DNA from: a virus
IMG/VR virus record: IMGVR_UViG_3300036944_000550
Location: 32,536-96,535 of that record
Length of the DNA: 64,000 bases
Direction: 5' to 3' (one strand)
Part shown: positions 1 through 7,873 of the stretch, one piece after another
How positions within the stretch are numbered: position 1 is the first letter of the stretch
Layout: each line of letters starts with the position of its first letter
Made by a program: the position numbers and the translations under genes
Notes under the pieces: generated by a model
What the model was told of the DNA's origin: nothing
Database searches by the model: none
The model's input: the letters and a program-made list of their open reading frames with translations, nothing else

Positions 1-1
1 G

Positions 2-727
2 GGTGATAAGTATCCTGCCAAGTATGTAAACAATTTGTATAACATGGTGAAGAAGAACTACGCCAACCTGTTTACATTCACGTGTTATACGGATGACACC
101 GATGGTTTAATTTGCGATACTGCACCAATACCTGACGATGGTATCCTGCATCCAAAATATTGGTTTGGTAAAGAAACATTCTGTTTCGATCGAGCAAAGT
201 TCTCAGTATTTAATTCACACAACTGGTTAGGTTACGAAGGCAACTGGTGCTACTTTGATCTCGATATAGTAATCCAAGAAGATATAACCGATGTAATAGA
301 ACTTGCACAGAAACCTCGTATCATTCAATGCCGCTGGCAACCACAGTCTCAAAAACACGACAGACTATTCATTGATATTCGCGGAACCTTTTACAACTCT
401 AGTATGATGTTATGGCCTGGAAAATCTTGCGAACACATTTACAGTGATGCATTAGAGAATTCAGAATCGATATTTAAGACTTTCTTCAAGGGAACTGATA
501 ACTATCATTACTGGCGACAGAGAGATTTCTGGAAAGATATTCCAAGCGGATGGGTATATTCTTGGAATAGGGGAAAGTACCATCCAGAAGATGTTGAGCG
601 ATTTAAGTTTCGTAAAGATGCAAAGATCTGCCTATTCAATACTGACAACGTCCCACACCCTTCAGCAAAAGAACAGATAGAATTATCTGAATGCGTAGAT
701 GAAAATATTATTAGGTTGTGGCAATGA
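2..727 (+). CDS. GT-A fold (GT8-like) glycosyltransferase, 5'-truncated by the window edge
   Basis: Frame is open from base 2 (GDKYPAKYVNNLYNM...). Contains DxD motif YFDLDIVI, YNSSMMLW and GTDNY; paralogous to the next two ORFs. Confidence 0.7.
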   Translation, partial: GDKYPAKYVNNLYNMVKKNYANLFTFTCYTDDTDGLICDTAPIPDDGILHPKYWFGKETFCFDRAKFSVFNSHNWLGYEGNWCYFDLDIVIQEDITDVIELAQKPRIIQCRWQPQSQKHDRLFIDIRGTFYNSSMMLWPGKSCEHIYSDALENSESIFKTFFKGTDNYHYWRQRDFWKDIPSGWVYSWNRGKYHPEDVERFKFRKDAKICLFNTDNVPHPSAKEQIELSECVDENIIRLWQ

Positions 728-1542
728 GAGTTAATTACGTCTGCTGTAAATGGGGAACAAAGTATTCTGCTGAGTTTGTCAACCGTCTTTATCGAATGGC
801 AAAGAAACACACCACCGAAGAATTCGAGTTTCACTTCTATTGCTATACAGATAATAGCGAAGGATTCGAAGACGAGATTAAAGTCATCGACTTCCCAGAC
901 ATCGCTGATATTCATCCCAAATATTGGTTCGGAAGCGAAGACTACAAATATGGTATGGCAAGGTGTTGGGACAGACCAAAAACCTTCATCTTCAATACGC
1001 ATAATTTTGCAGAAGACAAACCGACTGGTAGATTTGTATTCTTCGATCTTGACGTTATCATTCAAAACGATTTAACGCCAATCATTACCTACGATCTAGA
1101 CAACCCCACCAAGTTTCGATCTTGGTGGCAAGATCCTCGCCCAATGAAGTCACGCAACTTTAAACTATCGCATGGTGCATATACGAATGGTAGTTGCATG
1201 GTTTGGTCAGATGATCAGACAGAATGTATATGGCAAGATGTTCTAGAGCACCAAGAACGAATCTGGTTTACATTTACAGATGGAACTGACAACTACCACA
1301 GTTGGCGGTGGGGCGACTTTAGTAATACCCCTCTGTGGAAACATTTCCCAAACACCTTTGCTTACTCATACAATCGCGGTCGCGACTGGGATTCAGGGGA
1401 TCTTGAAGTTGGTATATATAGAAAAGACTGTATTGTTTGTGTTTTTAATGTGGATCTACTTCCATTCACAGACAATAGCAGAGGAAAAGTGAAACAGGAA
1501 TCCTTGGTCGATCCTGATCTTTTAGAGCATTGGAATGTTTGA
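724..1542 (+). CDS. GT-A fold (GT8-like) glycosyltransferase
   Basis: CCKWGTKY...FVNRLY N-terminus, FFDLDVII DxD, TNGSCMVW, GTDNY. The ATG overlaps the upstream stop. Confidence 0.7.
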   Translation: MRVNYVCCKWGTKYSAEFVNRLYRMAKKHTTEEFEFHFYCYTDNSEGFEDEIKVIDFPDIADIHPKYWFGSEDYKYGMARCWDRPKTFIFNTHNFAEDKPTGRFVFFDLDVIIQNDLTPIITYDLDNPTKFRSWWQDPRPMKSRNFKLSHGAYTNGSCMVWSDDQTECIWQDVLEHQERIWFTFTDGTDNYHSWRWGDFSNTPLWKHFPNTFAYSYNRGRDWDSGDLEVGIYRKDCIVCVFNVDLLPFTDNSRGKVKQESLVDPDLLEHWNV

Positions 1543-2225
1543 TGATTAGTATTTACACAGTGAAGTGGGGAACAAAATATAGTGTTGACCATGTTAATAA
1601 AATACTTGAGCAATGCAGAGAACACATAACAACTGATTTTGATTTTTACTGTTTGACTGAACATACCATCGGTTTACATTCTGACGTTATCGTAATTCCT
1701 TTTCCAGAAGATAATTACTATGAAAAATGGTGGAATAAATTATACTTATTCGATAAGCAAGTTGTATCTCAACGTGGAGAAAAACTATTTCTGGATCTTG
1801 ATATAGTTATTCAAAACAATATCGATTGCATAGTAGACCATGACCCAGAAGATGGTTTGACATTTGTTCACACTCACTGGCACAACATGAAGAAAATGAA
1901 ACGCGATACACAAGACATTCCTCGTGCATACACCGACCTAAATTCTAGTGTGTTAAGATGGAATGATAGATTAGATACTGATAAGATTACCAAGTTTGTT
2001 ACAGACTATCCCGACCAAATGTTTTTTCATTATCGAGGTCTTGATAATCTTTTCGGTCACCAGCGCGACCGCTTATTGAAAATTGATTTTTTTCCTGATG
2101 GTTGGGTGTATAGTTACAACTACGGATACATGTGGCCGATTGATACTAGAGAACAAGTTATCCGAACCGAACCACTAATTTGCTTATATGACTCAATGGA
2201 AAGACCACAAGATGTTAAATTATAA
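1542..2225 (+). CDS. GT-A fold (GT8-like) glycosyltransferase
   Basis: VKWGTKY, WWNKLYLF, FLDLDIVI, LNSSVLRW. TGATG coupling at 1540-1544. Confidence 0.75.
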   Translation: MISIYTVKWGTKYSVDHVNKILEQCREHITTDFDFYCLTEHTIGLHSDVIVIPFPEDNYYEKWWNKLYLFDKQVVSQRGEKLFLDLDIVIQNNIDCIVDHDPEDGLTFVHTHWHNMKKMKRDTQDIPRAYTDLNSSVLRWNDRLDTDKITKFVTDYPDQMFFHYRGLDNLFGHQRDRLLKIDFFPDGWVYSYNYGYMWPIDTREQVIRTEPLICLYDSMERPQDVKL

Positions 2226-2868
2226 TTATTTGAATAACTATCGTTATTGGGGCGAAGGATTGGATAAAATCAATCACGAACTGCCATGGAAACATGAAGA
2301 CTTTCGTAAGTCTCTGAATCCGAATACTATGGATGCTGCTATTTGGTTAGTAGAAGAACTACTGAAAGTAGAAGATATCCCAGAAGAATTGAATATTACA
2401 ATTTTGAATTCATGGTTAGGATTTCCTCTGCTACCGTTACTCTGCGAAAATTTAAATGTCAAGAAGATTAATTTGATTGATATTGATAAAGATGCGTTGG
2501 AACTATCAAAAGTATTCAATCGGTTTTATAGCGATAGTGGAATAGAACTAGACCATATCAACTGGGATGTTCCCTTTGCATATCATGACATCAATGCACT
2601 AGAAACTGATGTAGTAATTTCTATTGGGTGCGAGTCAATGTATCCGTTGAAGAAAATGACGACCGCAAACAAGGATTGTATCTTTGCTTGTCAGTCTTCA
2701 AATGTTTTTAGAGAGATGTATGGTATCAATTGTGTTCCATCGATCGAAGAGCATGTTGAGAATGTTGGAGTTACTGATGTTTTCTACGAGGGATCTATTA
2801 AGCAGTCATACTATAGTTGGGATGGCAAGGTCGAGTTTGACCGCTTCATGGTAATTGGAAAAAAGTAA
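2212..2868 (+). CDS. Class I SAM-dependent methyltransferase-like protein with degenerate motif I
   Basis: ITILNSWLG...INLIDID...DVVISIGCE...RFMVIG. Paralogous to 51882-52466, which has GGWYG. Confidence 0.55.
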   Translation: MLNYNYLNNYRYWGEGLDKINHELPWKHEDFRKSLNPNTMDAAIWLVEELLKVEDIPEELNITILNSWLGFPLLPLLCENLNVKKINLIDIDKDALELSKVFNRFYSDSGIELDHINWDVPFAYHDINALETDVVISIGCESMYPLKKMTTANKDCIFACQSSNVFREMYGINCVPSIEEHVENVGVTDVFYEGSIKQSYYSWDGKVEFDRFMVIGKK

Positions 2869-3468
2869 ATGATGCTTGGGACAAACACGGATATTAAAAA
2901 AATAACTGAGAATTGGATTCCAGAAAATTCTGTAGGTGCAGAAATCGGTATCTGGAGAGGTGATGCGTCAAAACAACTTTTGACAAAATGTAGTTATCTA
3001 CATATGATAGATCCATATAATATCAGCGTATATGAAAATACTACTGATTGGTTGAATATGGGGTACGAAAAAATATTAGAGAGATATTCTTCATTAGTAG
3101 GTTCGACAGACCCAGCAGATTTTCAAAAATTTTATGACGATCTCTATCTTGACGTTTGTGAACAATTTAAAGATTTACCTGCAACTATCCATCGAATGAC
3201 TTCTCGGGATTGGTTTTCTTCTTATACTGGAGAAAAATTGGACTGGATTTATATCGATGGTGATCATAGTTATGAGGGTGTGATGGAAGATTTGGTATCT
3301 AGTCTTGATGTGGTAAAACAAAATGGATTAATTTTTGTTGATGATTATTCAATACATAATAGTTTACATCCTGGAGTTAGAGCAGCAGTCAGAGATTTCT
3401 GCTATGAGAGAAAATTAAAATTCAAGAGATTATATCTCAATACGTGCATGATAGAATTGGGGACATAA
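2869..3468 (+). CDS. Class I SAM-dependent methyltransferase (Methyltransf_24-like)
   Basis: GAEIGIWRG motif I, LDWIYIDGDHSYEGV, GLIFVDDY, HPGV. Confidence 0.8.
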   Translation: MMLGTNTDIKKITENWIPENSVGAEIGIWRGDASKQLLTKCSYLHMIDPYNISVYENTTDWLNMGYEKILERYSSLVGSTDPADFQKFYDDLYLDVCEQFKDLPATIHRMTSRDWFSSYTGEKLDWIYIDGDHSYEGVMEDLVSSLDVVKQNGLIFVDDYSIHNSLHPGVRAAVRDFCYERKLKFKRLYLNTCMIELGT

Positions 3469-3469
3469 T

Positions 3470-4207
3470 ATGGCAAGAGCAAGAGTCGTCGCACCACCAC
3501 CACAAGATTATATTCCAGAACCTTTAGTATCAGCACCACCTCCTCCCGAGGAAGTGGTCGCGGAAGAATGGATCGATGGAAACTTCCAAGAAGAAATTAT
3601 CGAAGTTGAGATTAATGAACCTTCCCAAGAAGAACTTGATAGGGAAAGAATCGCGCAAGAAAAACATGAAGAAATACAGAGACAAAAACTTGCAATAGAA
3701 GAAGAATCAAAAGTAGCAGCAGAAACAATTGCTAAAGCAAAAGAGATTCTAGAAAATCCGCCTGTCGTAATTGAGAAGGTAATCGAAACAGTAATCGAAA
3801 CTGTTCATGTTACAGATCCGAAACTAGTTGAAGAATTACAAATCCTCAAAGAGGAAAATGAAAAACTTGCCAGAGAAAATGCTGCAGCAGTAAGAGCAAA
3901 AGAAGAACAAATTTTAAAGGCGCGACAACAGGCAACTGAACAGCGCAGCAATCAACACATGGTTCAATTAAACATGACACCAAAAATTCCATCGTTAATT
4001 AGTAAAATTAAAACAGTATTTCGAAACCGTCGAATTAAGTCTGCTACTAATGTTGGAATTAAAAACTATGAAACTGCAATCCTCGAGCGAGCAAGAATTG
4101 CAGTTCCTAAGTTGTTAGATGATATTGAAAAAATGCATGAGCAGTTGACTATTCTAGAAGATCTGCTCACAAAATATAGTGAGGTTAAGAGCACTCAGGA
4201 AAAGTGA
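3470..4207 (+). CDS. Hypothetical acidic coiled-coil protein with a Pro-rich N-terminus
   Basis: 245-aa ORF in the same operon, with E/K/Q-rich heptad-like segments. Confidence 0.6.
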   Translation: MARARVVAPPPQDYIPEPLVSAPPPPEEVVAEEWIDGNFQEEIIEVEINEPSQEELDRERIAQEKHEEIQRQKLAIEEESKVAAETIAKAKEILENPPVVIEKVIETVIETVHVTDPKLVEELQILKEENEKLARENAAAVRAKEEQILKARQQATEQRSNQHMVQLNMTPKIPSLISKIKTVFRNRRIKSATNVGIKNYETAILERARIAVPKLLDDIEKMHEQLTILEDLLTKYSEVKSTQEK

Positions 4208-4872
4208 GAAGCGTCTTCACCTGAGATATCTTCAATCATTGACCGCCAGATTTCTAGATGCGGTACAACATATCCTAGTGTCAATCTTTTAGCAGAGTTA
4301 CCGCAGCAGTGGTATACAATTTTATTCGGATCGCTACGATCACCGAAATGACCAACCTTACATGACCAACCGATAGGATCAACCATAGTTACGATTTCCT
4401 TTGTAACTGGATCCAAGTAGCGAAAGTATCCACCATTTTCTTCTGTATTGTAAGTAATCAGAATATTATATCCTGATGCATTCCAATTGGTATGCCAACC
4501 CATGAAACCATTTTCGGGATAATAGGTAAACACCGCATTGTTTCTTGCACCAAGATAACTCATTATCTCAGAATTCGTTGCTTGCTGTCTTCTACCATAT
4601 TCGGTTGGAAACCATGTTTGTCCATGTGCCTGAGACATGTCAGTACACCATGCAACATCAGGGAAACCAACATGTCGCTCACCTTTACTAACGATATGAT
4701 TAAGATACTGTTCATCAGTAGCAGTTTCCATATTCAATCCACCTCGACGTATTTCTTGATGCCTTTCTGGACCCAGCACGAGATGTTGATCATTTTGAGC
4801 AAAGAACCATTCTGTGAATGGATCTAAAATATCACTTAGTTCTTTAGAAACTGAATTTGTAAATTGTAGCAT
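4195..4872 (-). CDS. 2OG-Fe(II) oxygenase-like (double-stranded beta-helix) protein
   Basis: YYPENGFMGWHTN...GGYFRY...YHCC...RLTLGY pattern, with HxN in place of HxD. Confidence 0.55.
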   Translation of the reverse strand: MLQFTNSVSKELSDILDPFTEWFFAQNDQHLVLGPERHQEIRRGGLNMETATDEQYLNHIVSKGERHVGFPDVAWCTDMSQAHGQTWFPTEYGRRQQATNSEIMSYLGARNNAVFTYYPENGFMGWHTNWNASGYNILITYNTEENGGYFRYLDPVTKEIVTMVDPIGWSCKVGHFGDRSDPNKIVYHCCGNSAKRLTLGYVVPHLEIWRSMIEDISGEDASHFS

Positions 4873-4882
4873 GTGTGTCCTG

Positions 4883-5581
4883 TTAATCTAATAAAGAATG
4901 TGGAATTGTATAATGATAAATCACTACTGGTCGACCCTGCAATTCTTCTTGTTTATATCCGGAAACAAAGTTCCATCTGGCATCTGGATCAGGGAATCTG
5001 GCAGTTTTAACGCCAAAGTCGAAATGATTTAGGAGTCTCCACATTGTGAATGTGTCCCACTGCAATGCTGATTTGGGATAATGTTTACGATCCCATCCTG
5101 GTTTATTCTGTTCCCAGTACTCGTCATACCATGCACGCATGAGTTTCAATGTTTGTTCATTGTTTCGGTAGATAAACAATCCACAGTGCTCAGTCATTTC
5201 TTCTGTGTCAGATAACTTAGTCAGTGCTGCGTTATACGGGCGATTAGCAGTAAAGAGGATATCTACATCTTTGGGGATTTGATCAAAGATCTTTTGGATG
5301 TCTTCATGCTCAACTTCCATGTCACAATCCATGTAGGTTGTTAAGTCATACGGAGTTTGATCAAGCGCCCAAAGTTTCGCTCGTTTATCTCTTGGGACAT
5401 TCTCAGTTACAACTGTGTCAAAGATTTCATAATCATCTGGTTGAACCCATTCCTCATGCGTGAAGAATGTTATTTTTGCATCAGGATAGAAATCGCGTAG
5501 AGATATAGCGGAATTTCTCGCCGCTCTATAATAACCTTTTCTTACCGTTGCAACATAAAGGAAACCATTATTCTGCATCAA
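4883..5581 (-). CDS. Nucleotide-diphospho-sugar transferase (GT-A)
   Basis: NGFLYVATV, KLWAL..TPYDLTTYMDCD (DxD), HCGLFIY, WDTF. Confidence 0.75.
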   Translation of the reverse strand: MMQNNGFLYVATVRKGYYRAARNSAISLRDFYPDAKITFFTHEEWVQPDDYEIFDTVVTENVPRDKRAKLWALDQTPYDLTTYMDCDMEVEHEDIQKIFDQIPKDVDILFTANRPYNAALTKLSDTEEMTEHCGLFIYRNNEQTLKLMRAWYDEYWEQNKPGWDRKHYPKSALQWDTFTMWRLLNHFDFGVKTARFPDPDARWNFVSGYKQEELQGRPVVIYHYTIPHSLLD

Positions 5582-6023
5582 CTGCTTCTCGCACGATAGC
5601 AGTATTTGCTTCTTCCTGTTGTAGAAGAATTACCGTGTACGCAGTAACTTCCATAATGTTTTTTGCTTTGCGGATCTTAGATTTTAACTCGCGATTTTTC
5701 GAGGACTTGATTAGATCGATCTCAAATGCATCTAATTTAGCAGCGAACAGTTGCTCTTGCTGCATACGAGTCTTGTCAACCTTCTGGCGTTCAATGTTGT
5801 GCTTGATATGTTGATTGCGGTCATCAAATCGTTTCTTGGTATTCGCATCAATCTGCTCGACGCTATACTTCTTCATCAATTCATCATAATCTCGATTAGT
5901 ACCATCGTTCATAATTGATGCAGTTGCTCGTTTACCCGTATCGGAATAAACGAACTCCGCAATCACATGTTGTTTTTCTTTGTTCGCCCAGTAAGGATTT
6001 TCAATAGTGCGTGTACTAGTCAT
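5568..6023 (-). CDS. Hypothetical protein downstream of the fibre genes (possible fibre chaperone)
   Basis: 151-aa ORF with a GGAG RBS. The function is inferred from position only. Confidence 0.5.
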   Translation of the reverse strand: MTSTRTIENPYWANKEKQHVIAEFVYSDTGKRATASIMNDGTNRDYDELMKKYSVEQIDANTKKRFDDRNQHIKHNIERQKVDKTRMQQEQLFAAKLDAFEIDLIKSSKNRELKSKIRKAKNIMEVTAYTVILLQQEEANTAIVREAVDAE

Positions 6024-6058
6024 TCAAATCTCCATTAAAAAATAAATTCTCAATATTA

Positions 6059-6090
6059 TATATACGCGATTTTCATATAAAAGTCAAGGG
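6059..6090 (-). promoter_or_regulatory. Sigma70-type promoter (CCCTTGACT-N17-TATATA)
   Basis: TTGACT at 6087-6082 with a 17-nt spacer, upstream of the 6023 ORF. The same extended motif recurs elsewhere in the window. Confidence 0.5.
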
Positions 6091-6092
6091 TT

Positions 6093-7871
6093 TTATACGG
6101 TGCGAACCCAAAGTTTTATGGTCGATACAGTTTCTTTAGTTGCGATCACTGTCGCACCCGAGAAGTTGCTTGAATATGTTCCACTAAAGTTACTGGCATA
6201 ATTTCCTGTATAGTTTCTAGAACCTGAATAATATCCAGTGTAGTTTCCTGTAAAGAATCCAGTGTAGTTACCAGTATATGTTGCAGTTCCTGCAAAGAAC
6301 CCAGTATAAAACCCTGTAAAGAACCCAGTGTAAGTACCCGTATATGTTGCAGTTCCTGCGTAAGCACCTGTAAAGAATCCAGTATAATTACCAGAATATG
6401 TTCCAGTGTAAGTTGCTGGTCCAACATAGTTACCAGTAAAGAATCCTAAGTATGTACCGAGATATGTTCCATTATAGTTACCTGCATAGTTTCTAGAACC
6501 AGAATAGGTGCCGAGATAGTTGCCGGAGAAGTTACCTAGATAGTTACCTGAGAAGTTGCCCGTATAAGTTCCAAGATAGTTACCCTGGAAATTTCCATTA
6601 AGGAATCCGCCAAAGAATCGTGCATATGTTCCGAGATAGTTACCAGAGAAACCTTGCGAGTAAGTTCCTGTGAAGTTTCGCGAATATGTTCCGAGATAGT
6701 TTCCAGCATAGTTACCTGCATAGTTTCTAGAACCAGCATAATTTCCTGAGTAGTTTTTACTGAAGTTACTGGTGTAGTTACCAGAATAACCAGCAGTCCC
6801 TACAAAGTTACCAACATAGTTTCCACTGAAACCTCTCGAGTAAGTACCTGAATAGTTTGCTGGACCAACATAACCGCCACTAAAGTTGTTTGCGAATGCT
6901 CCAGAATATGCTGCGGAATAGTTTGCTGGACCCACGAAACCGCCACTAAAATTGTTTGCGAATGCCCCAGTATATGTCCCAGCATATGCTGCAGAATAGT
7001 TTCTTGAACCTGAGAAGGTGCCGAGATAGTTACCCGAGAAGTTACCCAGATAGTTCTGTGGTGTTACTTGCTCTCTGGTATCAGCAAACTCATCACCCAT
7101 CGCAACCCAAGTACCACTCACTGGTGCTGTAGATTGAACCTTATATGTGCCGATTCCCGTGTCAATAATTCTGTTTCTAAAACTCGGAAGCATCTGTAGG
7201 ATTTCAGAAGATGACATTTCTTTGACATCTTTGGTATCAATCAGTTTTAGTGGTTTGAGATTAGAGTCTGACAATGTAGTTGCAGCAGTTTTCTGCCATA
7301 GATATGTTACTGTGTTGCCGCCATTAGCAACATCAGTTAATGTGTATCGAGCAACCCATGTACCACCTGATGGAGCAGTTGGTTGTAGTTTATATTGCCC
7401 AGCAGTATATGTGGTCTCGGTGATCATCGCATTGATTGCATAATCTAAGATTTCACTATCAATTTGACCATCGGACATTTCTTTAATACCATCGTCATAT
7501 TTCAACGGACGATTGGTAATGCTTTCTGCCGCAGCAGCAGTAACCTGTTTTGCAGTGTATGTGACAACATTCGCATTTGCCATGTATGTACCAGAAGCGT
7601 CCGTATAAGCCGTACCAACTGCATCTGCTGGATGAGTTCCTGTCGCCGCTTGAAGATCTGTGTCAACAAACGTGCCGATCGAAGTACCAGAACCACTGTT
7701 GTTTGTTGTGATGTTGATTTCAGCAGTGCCAGTACCATCTGAGTTTGCGCCGAAAGAAACTGTCAGAGTTTGTGCAATGTAATTCTTTACTTCATCGACA
7801 GACATCTGTTGTAGACCCTGCCAGTTTACAGCAGAAACTGGTGTTGCCGAAGATTTATTTCTCAAAACCAT
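6093..7871 (-). CDS. Virion fibre-like protein with (Y/F)xG(N/T) tetrapeptide repeats
   Basis: Duplicated N-terminal globular module, about 320 aa of aromatic-Gly repeats, C-terminus KETVSTIKLWVRTV. Paralogue of 7874-9907, within the structural gene block. Confidence 0.65.
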   Translation of the reverse strand: MVLRNKSSATPVSAVNWQGLQQMSVDEVKNYIAQTLTVSFGANSDGTGTAEINITTNNSGSGTSIGTFVDTDLQAATGTHPADAVGTAYTDASGTYMANANVVTYTAKQVTAAAAESITNRPLKYDDGIKEMSDGQIDSEILDYAINAMITETTYTAGQYKLQPTAPSGGTWVARYTLTDVANGGNTVTYLWQKTAATTLSDSNLKPLKLIDTKDVKEMSSSEILQMLPSFRNRIIDTGIGTYKVQSTAPVSGTWVAMGDEFADTREQVTPQNYLGNFSGNYLGTFSGSRNYSAAYAGTYTGAFANNFSGGFVGPANYSAAYSGAFANNFSGGYVGPANYSGTYSRGFSGNYVGNFVGTAGYSGNYTSNFSKNYSGNYAGSRNYAGNYAGNYLGTYSRNFTGTYSQGFSGNYLGTYARFFGGFLNGNFQGNYLGTYTGNFSGNYLGNFSGNYLGTYSGSRNYAGNYNGTYLGTYLGFFTGNYVGPATYTGTYSGNYTGFFTGAYAGTATYTGTYTGFFTGFYTGFFAGTATYTGNYTGFFTGNYTGYYSGSRNYTGNYASNFSGTYSSNFSGATVIATKETVSTIKLWVRTV

Positions 7872-7873
7872 GT

